The notes under the pieces were generated by a model. The model saw only the letters and a list, made by a program, of their open reading frames with translations. It was not told the origin of the DNA and ran no database searches. A DNA stretch of 64,000 nt from Octopus sinensis (taxonomy: Eukaryota). The translations under genes and the position numbers were made by a program. Below are positions 12,747 through 25,830 of the stretch, piece by piece; positions within the stretch are counted from its first letter, which is position 1; each line of letters begins with the position of its first letter. The DNA lies in assembly GCF_006345805.1 (NCBI RefSeq), contig NC_043005.1, forward strand, positions 94,612,001-94,676,000. Reading direction: 5' to 3'.

Positions 12747-13079
12747 CTCTCTCTCTCTCTCTCACACACACTCACACTCTCTCTCTCAAACGGAAATCAT
12801 CTGACTCCGATCGAGTTCAGGAATGGTTCTGTTTACTGCGGGCTTTTCTCAGAATCGCCTGTATTAGAATGTAAGCGGTGTGTTACTTTTGAAGGGCGGC
12901 TGGGTAGGGAGTCACGTGTGTGTGTGTGTGTGTGTGATTGTGTGTTGTGTATACATAAAGAATAGTGCATGTCGTGTTTATGCATACCGATAAGTTAGCA
13001 TGTGTGTGTATGTGTGTATGTGTGTATGTATTCACGTATATGGGTGATATCAGTGAGTGGGTAATGATAGATACGCGCT

Positions 13080-13092
13080 CTGTAGTAGTAGC

Positions 13093-13142
<50 letters not shown>

Positions 13143-13195
13143 TGGTAGTGGTAGTAGTAGTAGTAGTAGTAGTAGTAGCAGCCGCAGCAGCCGCC

Positions 13196-13260
<65 letters not shown>

Positions 13261-13480
13261 TGTTGCTGTTGTCGCTGCTGCTGCTGTTGTGGTGGTGATG
13301 GTGCTGGTATCGGCGGTGTTGATTTGTTAGAGAGCGGTACGCTGCTCCATGTCTGACGTTGCAGAAAAACGGGTGGAATATGTTTGAGGTGCGGTTGTGT
13401 GCAGGTCTATGTATGTGCTTGTTAGTGTGTGTATGTGTGTATGAATGTGTGTCATGGCTGAGCATAGATAAGTAGTAGTG

Positions 13481-13542
<62 letters not shown>

Positions 13543-13560
13543 GGTTATGGTGGTGGAGGT
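13080..13560. repeat. Compound trinucleotide microsatellites (TAG/TGG/CAG/TTG)
   Basis: Direct reading. Confidence 0.9.
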
Positions 13561-14220
13561 TTGACGTAGAGAATTATCAGGACTGAGTGCAGTGCGGTCA
13601 TCCCACATTTCCTCTCCACTCATGTACTACCCCGTAACTCGACTGCTTCTTTGACCTATCCTCGGCAACTTCCGTTTTTTTTTTGTCTTTGTTTCTTTTA
13701 TATATATATATATATATATACAATCCGACCTCGGCACGGCTCCATTTACTTTGAACTTCCGTCTCATTTCCTTGAAAAGTGGTAAAAAAAATACACGACT
13801 TTCTGGTCAAGAATTCCTTCCCACCCAGCCAGACCCTCTCCAGAACCACCAGCCCCTGTGAAACTCAAACACATAAATTATTCCTTCGTGATCCTACATT
13901 TATGATCCGTGTTTCCAAATGCCTTGATTGCACATCTGCCGGCATAGAAATACCATCATAATAATCTTTTATGTAACTAATAGCAGTTGCTGTTTTGACG
14001 ATCATCTTTGGAAACATCGCTATTTGCTTAGCGATATTCTGAGAATTTCACAATTTTTAATTTTTCTAACATTCCCTCGCTACCATACCGTGTATTTCCA
14101 AATAGAATACGTTCGAAATGAGGCTTACGTAAAGAAAACAACTGGCTAACTGTAGGGATTCACCCATTGTTACTCTCATCTCTGCTTGTTCGATATTTAT
14201 TCCGTTATTTTCTGGAGCTT

Positions 14221-14448
14221 TCATCATCATCATCATTTTGTAGTCTTATTTTTATCACGTGCGCTCACTGCACTAACGAGCACAACCCTGTGTGCCTTGG
14301 GTATGTGCTGTGGTTTGTTCTTATTTTCACTGTATTGAAAGTGCTTTACGTAGAATGTGTGCGATGCCTAGTAGTGTTATTTTCTGTATGTTACATACAT
14401 TCCTAAGCCATGATGTTTTGGTTATGTAATTGTCTGAATATTCAAATA
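14221..14448 (-). mobile_element. R4/Dong LINE 3' end fragment (ORF C-terminus, 3' UTR, (ATG)n tail)
   Basis: Minus strand reads ...NIQKITLLGIAHILRKALSIQ*, matching the ...GTSHVLRRALSM* end of the element at 18610. Confidence 0.75.
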
Positions 14449-17350
14449 AAGTTAAGTTAATTTTTTGGCTCAAAAAGCAAAAAGCAAGGCCATGTAGGGG
14501 GACATGGAGTTATGTACAGGGAGGGTGTTCATGCAAAGAGTTCAGGCAATTTCTGGTCAAGAGAGACTTTGAACCGAGCGGTCGTCGGCATCTTCACTAT
14601 CTCGTCCGGCAGCTTATTCCACGGATCCGCAACCCGGACGGAGAAAGCCCCTCTCCTTCGATTGAGATGAAATCGTCTCAGATAGAGCTTTTCGGAGTGA
14701 CCCCCGCAGCCGACGCTCTGGAGCAGGAGTGAAGAACAGCTCTTTCGAGAGTTTACACTTTCCGCTTATGATGTTGTGAACAAGAATGAGATCACCACGG
14801 CATCGTCGTTTTTCTAGAGAATAAAGGTCGAGCGTCTTCAGCCTTTCTTCATAAGACAAATGCTTGAGACCAAGAATCATGCGGGTAGCCAGCTTCTGGA
14901 TTCTTTCGAGATGAGGGTATGTCTTTGAGGAGATAAGGAGAAGAGGATTGAATTCCGTACTCCAATATGGGTCTCACCAGCGTGACATAGAGCTGTAGGA
15001 ATATGGCTGCTGTGAGCATTCCGAATGACCGTCGAATCAAAAATAGAATCTCCGCGTACTTTGTTGGCAGCATGGACGCACTAGGCCGAAGGCGAAAAGG
15101 AAGAATCCACCAAGATACCCAGGTCCTTTAACTGGTCGGTTCTCTCCAGCAGCAGACGACCCGGCTCGAAATCAAGTTGAGTTGCAGGAGAGGAGCCAAC
15201 AAGCAGATGACAGCACTTTGACACGTTCAGACACAGGTCCCATTCGTTAGTCCATCTCCAAACTTGGTGGAGGCATCGACGAAGATCATCTATATCACCG
15301 CGAGGAGCGACCAGTTTGACATCATCGGCAAATAGAAGGGTGTGTTGCGTGAGGTCGTCGGGCAAGTCATTGATGAAGACTAAAAACAATAACGGCCCAA
15401 GCACTGAACCTTGAGGCACGCCACTGCTCGCACTGGAGACGTCGGACAGCGAACCATTAACTTGGACTTGGAAGTAGCGATCTGAGAGGAAGGCACCAAT
15501 CCATCGTACAATATCCGGATGGAAACTATATGCTTGAAGCTTGACAAGTAATAGGCGGTGGTTAACCGAGTCAAAAGCTTTGGCAAAGCCCAATGAAACG
15601 ATGTCAACAGCATCACCATCATCCAGGATACGTGTCATCAATTCTTCCATTACCAGTAAGTTGGTCAAGCATGATCTCTTCGGCACGAAGCCGTGTTGGG
15701 AATCAGAGATACAGGCTGTGTTTTGGAGGTGGAGCAACATACTTTTCTTGAGGATGGTTTCGAACATCTTGCTGATTATTGAAGTAAGGGAAACCGGTCG
15801 GTAGTTAAGCGGGTCTTCGCGGCTCCCTTTCTTGAAAATTGGGCAGATTATCGCTGTTCTCCAGTCCGCAGGTATAACACCCGTCGCCAATGACATATTG
15901 AATAGAAGTGTTAAAGGTTCGCAGATGACCGGAGCCAACGCTTTGATAACCTGTGTGTGTGTATGCCGTCAAGGCCGTGACCCTTGTTGATATCGAGGCC
16001 TTGAATAACGCGTTCGACTTCGTCCCGAGTGATGACCAATCTAGGCATTGGAGGTACCGATCTATCAAATGGGGTGGGGGGGTCACGACCATCATCTTGT
16101 TTGAAAATTGTTGAAAAAGCCTCGGCAAATAACTGACTCTGCTGATAAGGGTCCTCAATCGATACGCCTGTTGAGTCTACCAACGTTGCAATTTGGTTGT
16201 TCCAGCGGGAATTCCGTTGGACATGGGCAAAGAAGGTTTTTGGATTGCGACTGGCGTTTGCCGCGATTCTGTATTCATATCTGAAGCGTTCTTCCTTTTC
16301 AATTTTCACGGCTCGGTCTCGTTGAGTTTTGTACACCTCAAAAGCTGCAGTCGAATCTAGATTTTTTAATTCAGCCCAAGCAATATCTCTGAGTCGAAGT
16401 TCTCGTTTAACCTTCTTCGTCACCCAGGGAAGCCCAACGGGAACTGCTTGGTCAGTCAACCAGATTACATATGATTTGAGGGACGACCATAGTTCGTCAA
16501 CTGAGGACATCGTCATCAGGGATCGCCAGTCCAGAAGTGCAGAAGCCTCGGTTAGAATTTCAAGATTGATTTGCAGAGAAGACTCTACGAGGCAGCGTGA
16601 GTATTCCTCGCGAAAAGCCATATTGGGGTCCTCCCAGGCATGCTTCTGAGCTCTGTTCAGAAAGGTTGAAGCCTCCTGATCGGAAGAAAAGATTACTCTT
16701 ATTGGGCGTGGTCTAGTGTCTTCCTAGCCGAGCGACCTTATGGATACTGACATTTTCGTTGACAGAGAACAATTCTCCAACTAATACGGAAACAAAATTT
16801 ATGTCATCTTTTAGGCGGTTTGTGCCTGTATCACCGGTGGATTCAGCTTTATCATAAATGATTGCTGATCTTGAGTGGGCAAAATGGTCTTACTGTTCTC
16901 TACTGTGAACTGCGGCATTCGATTCTTCATCGGATAATTTAGAAAGGGCGGTTTCGTAGCCATCAGACTTATGTAGGCCTTTGGGGTCGATCGGAATGGG
17001 TTTAGTGGTCATAACTTTCCTGCCTGGTTTGGAACTGCACCGCCTCTTCTTCGTTTTGGAGGAGCACCACTCCCCAGATGAACTCACATCAAGATCATTC
17101 AGAATTGGTTGAGCAATGGCATTGATGGGAAGGACAAATGAAAGAGAATCCAAACAGATTTTATCTTGAGCAGGTTTCGCAGCTAAATCTGCTCCACTGA
17201 AGTTTTGACTACGTTTCTTCTTTTTGGGAGAACAACGGTCTTCAGGTGGGTTTGAGTCTACGCTCCTCAATTCAGGTTGGGGAACCTCCGGGACCGAAAT
17301 GGCAGATGAGGAAGAATCCGCACAGATACGATCATGAGTGGAAACGACCG
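14449..17350 (-). mobile_element. CR1-clade LINE, degenerate, apparently lacking the APE endonuclease
   Basis: RT motifs NYRPVSLTS, SQHGFVPKRSCLTNL, FAKAFDSV, GVPQGSVLGPLLF, LFADDVKL; C-terminus SYEERLKTLDLYSLEKRR and RGHSEKL...RVADPWNKLP...FK; (TTAAC)n tail at about 14449-14460. Several frameshifts. Confidence 0.9.
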
Positions 17351-17354
17351 CCGG

Positions 17355-17780
17355 TTCTTTCGCCTGACAGCTATTATTACAGGGATTGTTTCTATTTTTA
17401 GGCTCCACATTCGAGTTACCTCTATTTTTAGATCTTTGAATGTCGAGAGTTTCTCTGTTTCTTTTACAGATAGCTTGTCATCTTTTGGTATTGCTACATC
17501 AATTAGAAGGCATTTTTTCTTGTGCGATCTCTGACAACTTTATCCGGTCTATTAGCCTTGATTTCTCTATCTGTGTGTATTGGCATATCCCAGAGTACGG
17601 TTGCTTTGTCATTTTCTGAAACCTTTTCTGGGGTGTGCCTATACCATCTTATTTCTGTTGTTGTTCCATAGTGTTTGCATAACTTCTAGTGTATATAGGT
17701 CCCAACTTTGTCACGTCTGTTGATATATTCTTTTTTAGCGAGGACTGGGCATTATTATTATTGTTCAGTATTCATATTTT
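17355..17780 (-). mobile_element. R4/Dong LINE restriction-like endonuclease fragment
   Basis: Minus strand reads RRDKVGTYIH...VLWDMPIHTDREIKANRPD...LIDVAIP...RMWSLKIETIPVII. Confidence 0.8.
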
Positions 17781-17789
17781 TACCAGCTC

Positions 17790-18400
17790 TCAGTGTCTTG
17801 GTTATCTAATGTGGTTTCTTGTGATACTGTATTGAAAGTGTTTTACGTAGGATGTATGCGGTGCTTAATGGTGCTATTTTCTATATGTTATATATACTTG
17901 TTAGTCCTGGTGTTTATGCTATGTATTTATCTGAATATTTTTTTCATCATATCTAATGCACCTACTATGATAGGAATTGTTTCTGTTTTTAGACTCCACA
18001 TTCGCGTTTCTAGATCTTTGTATTTTGGAAGTTTCTCCGTTTCTTTTAGAGAAACATTGTCATCTGTTAGTGATCTCTGACAACTATATCCGGCATACTG
18101 GCCTTAATTTCACTATCTGTGTAAATTGGCAAATTTCTCAAAGTATGGTTGCTTTCTCATTTTCTGAGAACTTTTCTGAAGTATACCTAAAGTATCATTT
18201 TTCTGTTGTTATTCCATAGTATTTGCATAGTTTCCAGTGTATGTAGGTCCCAACTCTGTCGTGTCTGTGAATATATTCCTTCTTAGCCAAGACTGAGCAG
18301 CCAGAGAAAATATGATTTATTGTTTCTTGTCCATCTCCACATACTCTGCTATTACTTGTATTTTTTCATTACATGTTTTTGGTAATTTCTGGCGGGAAGG
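17790..18400 (-). mobile_element. Second R4/Dong 3' fragment (CCHC knuckle, RLE, C-terminus)
   Basis: Minus strand reads SRVCGDGQETINHIFSGC...RHDRVGTYIHW...TETIPIIVGALDMMKK...YILRKTLSIQ, with stops and frameshifts. Confidence 0.8.
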
Positions 18401-18404
<4 letters not shown>

Positions 18405-18432
<28 letters not shown>

Positions 18433-21400
18433 TTTTTTCTTCTTCTTTCAAATTTGCTTCCATTTCTTGCCGAGTGTCTTCCCGACTCCTAGGGCAAAGA
18501 AACTCATAGTATACATTGGTAGGCCATTAAACCAAACTCAATAGTTCGTTCATTTTTATTTTTTAATTTTTTTTAAAGTTAAATTAAAATACATGAGCAG
18601 CAACAGTTCTCACATCGACAATGCTCTTCTCAATACGTGTGATGTACCAGTTAAGACAATCTTTTGCACTTCTTGCAGGGATGGTAAGCCAGGGATCATT
18701 CTCATATAATTTTCGGTTCCCTTCTTGATCATTCCTAGTGCTCCTACGATCACTGGTATTGTAACCGCCTTGAGATGCCACATTTTCTCAATTTCAATGA
18801 GTAGGTCTTTATATTTTCTGAGCTTGTCAAACTCTTTCGCTGAGATATTATGATCACAGGGGATGCTCATGTCGATCAATAAGCAAACTTTATTGTTTTG
18901 GTCTTTCACAACAATATCTGGTTTATTGGCCTTGATGGTTCGGTCTGTATGTACTGGAAAGTCCCACAGAATGGTTACATTTTCTCCTTCAGTTACAGCC
19001 TCAGGGTGGTGATTATACCACTTGTCGGCAGTTTTGATATTGTAATGCCGACTTATTAGCCAGTGTAGATATTGGCCAACCCTGTCATGTCTTAATTTAT
19101 ACTCCACTGGTACTAAGACTTTACATCCAGAGATTAGGTGGTCCACTGTTTCAATCATGTCGTTGCAGAGTCGGCATTTTGGGTCTGCTCCATTTTTCAT
19201 CACATTGGCCTGGTAGTTCCGGGTTAATAGGCTTTGATCTTGAGCAGCCAGGATGAAATCTTCGCTCTCTGCTTTTAGCCCTGAGCTCCGTAGCCACTGA
19301 TGGGTTTGCTTCTAGTCAACATCAGCTTGTTTGCTGCGGGTCACATATTTGCCGTGCAGAGGTTTCTCCTCCCACCTATCAGCCAATTGCTCGTGCGCTT
19401 TTTTCGTTGCCATCATTTTCACCTTCTTTGCAACAATAGTTGCCGTACTTCCCTCGGGTTGTTCAGTTTGGGTATCCTGCACGAGATAAATAGCAAATTT
19501 TTTGCTTTCCTTTATAATAGAATGAAGCTTCTTTCGTCTCTCGTGATTTTCCACGAGCTTTAGCATCCAGTCATTCGATATTTCGAGATATTTGGTCAGT
19601 CCAATTGTGGTTGTTTTGTAAGCTAGTTCAAATTGAATCAGGCCTCGACCTCCTTGGGCTCTGGGAAGGTAAAGGCGATCTACGTCTGCCTTTGGGTGGT
19701 GCATCCTATTACAACTCAGCAGCTTGCGTATTTTCCTATCTATATTCTTTACTTCACTCATATTCCAGTTCAACGCATTGTAGCTATAAGTAACAACTGG
19801 AACTGCTAAGGAATTTATAGCTAACACCTTGTTACGTGCATTTAGTTCAGATTTCAGGACTGCACAAACTCTCTTATAACATTCCTTCCTGATTTTCTCT
19901 TTCATGCTTGCATGCTGAATACCAGAGCCTTCATTTATCCCTAAATATTTGTATGTTTGTTCTTGCTCAAGCTCTCTTATGACTGTGTCAACATCTAACA
20001 CGACTGAATTTGTGGTCTTCACTTTCCCTTTCTGGAAAGTGGCCTTGGCACACTTCTCAAGTCCAAACTCCATCCCGATGTCATCGCTGAATGCTTTCAC
20101 GGTGCGCAATAGGCCTTCAAGTTCATTATTGTCTTTACCATAAAGTTTTAAGTCATCCATATAAAATAGATGGCTTATTTTTTTATTGGCAATTTTATAC
20201 CCATACCCTGTTCTGTTTAATTCACTTGTAAGGGGTATTAGGGCTATGCAGAATATTAAAGGTGAAAGTGAGTCACCTTGAAAAATTCCACAGTTGATAT
20301 TTATATTTTCTGAGGCAAGTACTCCATTAGAGTGGTATAATTGGAGATTCATATTCCACAACATATTGTGCTTCAGGAAGTTTGAAATCACAGGGGAAAT
20401 TTTGAAGATGTCCAGCGATCTCAAGATCCATGGATGCGGTATACTGTCGAATGCCTTTTTATAGTCAATCCATGCGGTGCTGAGATTTCTGCGCTTGTTG
20501 TGACAGTTCTCAAGGATCATACGATTGATTAGCAGTTGATCTTTGCATCCGTAAGAGCCTCGGCGGCACCCTTTTTGTTCAATGGGGAAAATATCGTTCT
20601 TCTCCATGAATGCATATGTTTTCTCCGCCAGGATAGATGTTAGGATTTTATACGTGGTGGATAGACAGGTTATAGGCCGATAGTTTTTTGGAAGGTTGGT
20701 TTCGTTATTCTTTGGGAGTAGGTAAGTAATGCCACTTGCTAACCATTTAGGTGTTTTCTTTGGGTCTCTCATAATTCCATTGAGCAGCTGAACTAGCTTA
20801 CCGTGTGCGCATGGGAGCGATGCGAGCCAGAAATTCGGCACCCTATCTTTACCGGGGGATTTCCAATTATGGGACTTCGTGAGTGCCTTTCTTAGGTCTG
20901 CTATTGTGATGTCTTCCCATGCTTGTTGTTGTAAATTTTGGTAGGATCCTTCAGTTTGTATAATCCAGTCTGCATTTATGTTGTACGTCTTCTTGTCACT
21001 CCAAATCCTTTTCCAAAAGTTTTGAACTTCTTCCATGGGAGGGGGGTCTTTAACGGTTACTTTCTCCTTCCTTATTTCTCTGTAGAATTTTTGGGCATTG
21101 GATGTGAACAGCTTATTTTGCTTGTAAAACTTGTTTCTCTTCTCAAATCTTCGTATTCTTTGGGCTTTTGCTTGGACTTTTTGTTTCAGCGTTTCTTTTA
21201 TTGATATCAGTTCTTCTCTTGGTGAGGATCCAAATTTTCTCTTCATCTTTCTTCCTGTTCTGGATCTTACATCATTTCCACATATTAGTTCATTTAATAT
21301 TGCTATTTCCCCTCTCATAAATTCAATCTCTTTTTCAATTTTACTTCTCCAGGTTTGATTTCTTCCCAGGTTTTGTTTTCTTTGTTTTTTCGGGGGCATA

Positions 21401-22330
21401 CAGCTGGTTTCAATTGTCCTAGCAGAAGCGTAAATAATTTCATTTAACTCAGTAAAATCAGGTTTTAATTCTCGTATTATTTCATTTGTTACATAGTTGC
21501 CAATTTGGATTTGTTTTTTATTTTGGTTTGTATTTGAGAGTTTATGAAGTGGTTCTCTATCATTTATACTTGTATGTCTTACAACTTCAAGCGTATTCAG
21601 GATTTTCTGCCTCATTTCTGCCATAGACTCTCTGTGTTCTTCAGCAAATGCGAGATCTTCAGTTACTGTTGTTTTTTCGTTTTCCTGGCTATCTTTAACA
21701 GGTACAATATAATTTCTTGTATCTTCAGGCCTTTGCGTACTTTGGTCAGATGGCAGTCTTTCAATTAAGCCTCGTGGCGGGCTATACTGTTCATCTGATT
21801 CTTCATTTCCTTTGTGTCTTATATTTATGTCATTTTCCGTTGCGTGCTTGATCGCGCTTATTTCACTGTCTGTGAGTCTGTTATTTCTAAGGATATCCCT
21901 CCTCACATTTGCTAATTTGTTCTCGTCCAAATAGGGCCTACTGTCTTGATTCCGTGTTCTCCATATACTGTAAGAGTTTGCGGTGTGTCTCTCTTGAGAT
22001 GGCCTACCTAATGCATAGTAATAAGCGTATATTAGTTCTTTATACTGTTCTCGGGTCCATTTGTTCCGCTTACATTTTTCTTTCTGTGGTGGTTGTGGTG
22101 GTGAACTTGGAGGGCTCGAGTTGGGGGATTTCCCGTTCAAGTGACCATCCATGTCCGTATTCGGAGAAGAGTTTGTGCCAGTTGATGACTTTTCGATCCC
22201 AGGCTGGCTCTTCCCTGGGGGACGCGCTTCCAGATTAACCATAGGACAAGCGATTTGGTATACTGATTTAGTTTTCCTTTTAGTTTCCAAAAACATTTTG
22301 GTGCTACGATAATGTTATCATTTTTTAGCT
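18405..22330 (-). mobile_element. Near full-length R4/Dong-clade (RT-RLE) LINE with (TAA)n tail
   Basis: ORFs 19312-22296 and 18610-19203 are in the same frame, separated only by TAG at 19312-19314. N-terminal KWT...Y (Myb-like) region, RT (YRPITCL, DYKKAFDS, GIFQGDSLSP, YMDD), CRLC...H...C, RHD, PDI...ID..P. (TAA)n at 18405-18432. Confidence 0.95.
18610..22296 (-). pseudogene. R4/Dong RT-endonuclease polyprotein, 1228 codons with one premature stop
   Basis: Read-through gives QADVD*KQTHQWLRSSGLKAESEDFILAAQDQSLLTRNY, with no frameshift seen. Confidence 0.92.
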
Positions 22331-22651
22331 TTGATTGGCTCGTGGGGAGACGGCCATCATTGCCGTTACAATTATAATCGTACCATTATAGCAGCCGTAG
22401 TCGGCTTATTATTGTTATTATCATCACCATTATTATCACTATCATCATTATCACCACCATCACCATCATCATCACCATCACCATCATCATCATCAATGAT
22501 ATTGTTTTATGTGTAGTCACAGCAGTATCTTATTATTGTTAATTTTTATCATCATCACCATCACAGTAGTGTCTGTCTGTCTCGTTGGCTGGCTTGGTGG
22601 TTGGCTGGCTGACTGTCTTCAACGCCAGAGTTCTTGCCTGTCAAATAATAC

Positions 22652-23691
22652 TGTTACGAGGGGACCTCCGAAAACTGTACGGAATCCCTCAGACAGGCCC
22701 GACTCGATCAGCGAATATTCCCGCCAGGGAAACTCGTCGGAGAGGAGAGGAGAGATACAACAACAACAACCGCAGCAGCACAGAGAGATACAGAGGCACA
22801 GAGGCACAACCCGAGAGAGACACCAAAAGAGGCAAGGCAAAACGGCAACACTGGCTTACATTCAACAACTAGTTTATATGACAATCAATGGTTACAACAT
22901 CAAAGCATTTAAGGCAAACAACAAATCAATACATCATACGGGTATACCACAGATCAAAGCATTTAACATGCATGTAACAATATAACAGTGTTCAGTAACG
23001 ACACAACAAGTCCAGATCAAATAATGTTCACGATACGTCACAGTCCAATCACTTCGATACATTATACAATGTTCGTATCACAACAATTCACGTTACAATT
23101 CAACAAGTCCTTTACTGTTCTTTAAAGTCTTTTTCTACACATCACTGTTCAATACACCAATTCTTTTCACTGTCTCTTTACATCGTGACACGTATCAATA
23201 CACAATCACATACCTTAATTCCTAACTGAATCGCCAGCGTCCCATATTGCACTCATCTCTCTCTCAATCTGTTAACTCCAGCTTGCCAAACTCCTGCATC
23301 CCAACTTGCTCCTAAGATTCCACCGCTTGCTCCTAAGATTCCACCTACTCGCTCTGCCGACTTCCAGAATCCGACTGTGTCCTTCGACGACCGACCACCG
23401 ACTGCCCAAAACCTCACTTGCTCTCTCCCTCTGTCTTTACGGCCTATACCCTCTCTAATCTGCACTCAGCCCTAACTGCCTATCTCTACCGCACCAATCT
23501 GTCCCTTCGCCTTATACTCTATCTCTCTCACTACTTTTCTTCTCTCTGCCCCTCATCCTCTCTTACTGCCAATACCCTCTCCATCTGCTCTTAGATTCCT
23601 TACTCTATCTTTTTCTTACTACTGCTAGATTCTTCCTCACATATTCAAGGGGTGTCTAGAACGACCCCTAATTCGCCCGCACAGGGTCACA
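22652..23691 (-). mobile_element. Possible LTR-like segment (about 1.04 kb)
   Basis: Minus strand runs TGTGAC...GTAACA, with strong strand bias, a short direct repeat (CTTGCTCCTAAGATTCCACC x2) and an ATAAAC signal. No TSD found. Confidence 0.3.
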
Positions 23692-24065
23692 AGGTCCCAT
23701 TAATCTCCCAGTAAACAAAGGACTGTCACTTTTCTTCCAGACGTGCCGGCGCCACACCCAAAGTGGGTCACCAAGAAATACTGCACTAGCTAAACTCATA
23801 ACAATACTTTCATATTTGGTTAACAATAGAGCCGAGGTGAGGTTTTGTGTTGGTTGAACTCTTTGAGTGTGTGTGTGTGTGTAGATAGATAGATAGATTA
23901 TCAGCACTATTACTATCATTATTATCATCATCACCATCATCACCATCACCATCAGTGATATTTTTTTTATTTTTTATATTTTTAATTTTTTTTTTTTTTA
24001 GGTGGGGTCCTATCGGTCAAAAAAAGTTCAGATGTTTACTACTATTAGGCTTAAGAAAAATTAAG

Positions 24066-24962
24066 GAAGGGCTGTTCTGTATTGTTTGTGAATAGAGAAG
24101 TTGTGTTCGACCAGAGAGAATCTTAGCATCATCATTTTTTTTTCCATGTGCGTTTGTGTTATTGCAATAAAAAGTGTTTGTATATTTCGTGTAAGGTAAT
24201 ATTGTGGAGGTTGAAGTTGACTTTTCTAGAGATGTTTGTATGTCCAGTTAGAAGAACAGGTGTGTGTTTACAATAAAAAGTATATGTTTACATTTATATT
24301 TGAATATTCAGGGAGGAAGCAAAGAAAAGTCAGATTTTCATAGAAAGTTTTAGGGTTTTGTAAGTCCACAAAAAGAAAAGCGTGATGTTTTTAGAGAGAA
24401 GAAAAAAAAGGATGTTTACAGAGGCAATTGTGGGTATCAAAGTTTTTAAAGCTGGTCGAATGTATGATTGAAAACTGTAGATATGTAAATTTGTAAATTT
24501 TCTTAACTTATTTTGAAGGGCTGTTCTGTATTATTTGTGAATAGAGAAGCTGTGTTCGACCAGAGAGAATCTTAGCATCATTTTTTTTTCCATGTGCGTT
24601 TGTGTTATTGCAATAAAAAGTGTTTGTATATTTCGTGCAAGGTAATATTGTGGAGGTTGAAGTTGACCCCTCTAGAGATGTTTGTATGTCCAGTTAGAAG
24701 AACAGGTGTGTTTTTGCAATAAAAAGTATATGTTTACATTTATATTTGAATATTCAGGGAGGAAGCAAAGAAAAGTCAGATTTTCATAGAGAGTTTTAGG
24801 GTTTTGAAAGTCCACAAAAAGAAAAGCGTGATGTTTTTAGAGAGAAGAAAAAAAAAGGGTGCTTACAGAGGCAGTTGTGGGTATTAAAGTTTTTAAAGCC
24901 GATCGGATGTATGTTTGAAAGCTGCAGATATGTAAATTTGTAAATTTCTTAACCCACTTTGA
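24066..24962. repeat. Tandem duplication, two units of about 449 bp
   Basis: GAAGGGCTGTTCTGTATT... at 24066 and 24515. The units are collinear with scattered substitutions. Confidence 0.92.
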
Positions 24963-25126
24963 AGAGAATTTCAAATACTCACGAGGTATTGTAGATGTTC
25001 CAGTCTTTGAGAGTTATTTTTCCCCGTTGCTAAACTGGCCCATATTAGTGTTTCTATGGCTTTCGGCCACCGAACTGTCAGAGCAGTGAGGAACACGTCC
25101 AGCCGCTGTCAAGGCTGGCTCTCCTC

Positions 25127-25188
<62 letters not shown>

Positions 25189-25381
25189 GTTGTTGTTGTT
25201 GTTGTTGTTATATTTTAAAAGGATTGACGTAAATCTTCACATAGGTAAACAGTCAAGACGAAGAGCGCGATGCGATTGCAATAGATATTTTATTGGTTGA
25301 ACGATATTTCAACAGGACGCCTGTCTTTGTCGAGTTCAACAGACAAAGTGATAAAAATTCAAAATTATAGAAATTCAAATC

Positions 25382-25830
25382 TAAAGAGAGCAACGAGCGT
25401 CCACACGTTGTTGGAATGACATCATCAGTCTTTAAGTTTCAGTTTAATAACTGGCGAAAAGAGACAGAAAAAAAACGAAAAAGAAAAAGGAAAGGATAAA
25501 GAAGACGAAGAATATTCAATCAAACAATTTTGTATAACTTTGATGATATTCTCCTGTCATTTTATTCATTCCTCCAAAGCGTGATGTTAATAACCCGCAA
25601 ACATATTTCTCCTCATGCATTTTGAGTATTGAAAGGGAAGCAGATCCAGAATATTTTCTGAGAATATGCACTTTCAAGTCTTTTTTCAAAATTGCAGCAG
25701 TTTGAAACAAAATGTTCGGCAAGTTCTATAGAACTACTGTTATTGTGCCTGGCGTCATATCTGTGCCCATTAAATCTTTTGTTTAGTTGTTCTCCCCCAC
25801 TTTTCTTACTCCTTTTTTTTCTAATCACGT
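25382..25830 (-). mobile_element. Penelope-like GIY-YIG C-terminal fragment plus 3' repeat
   Basis: Two frames join as LNKRFNGHRYD...LAEHF...(frameshift)DLKVHILRK...HEEKYVCGLLTSRFGGMNK. A decayed hammerhead lies just downstream at 25382-25434. Confidence 0.65.

Noticed and set aside
16890-17408. 172-aa ORF as an independent gene
   Set aside because: Its start lies in the R4 fragment and the rest is the low-complexity 5' part of the CR1-like insert.
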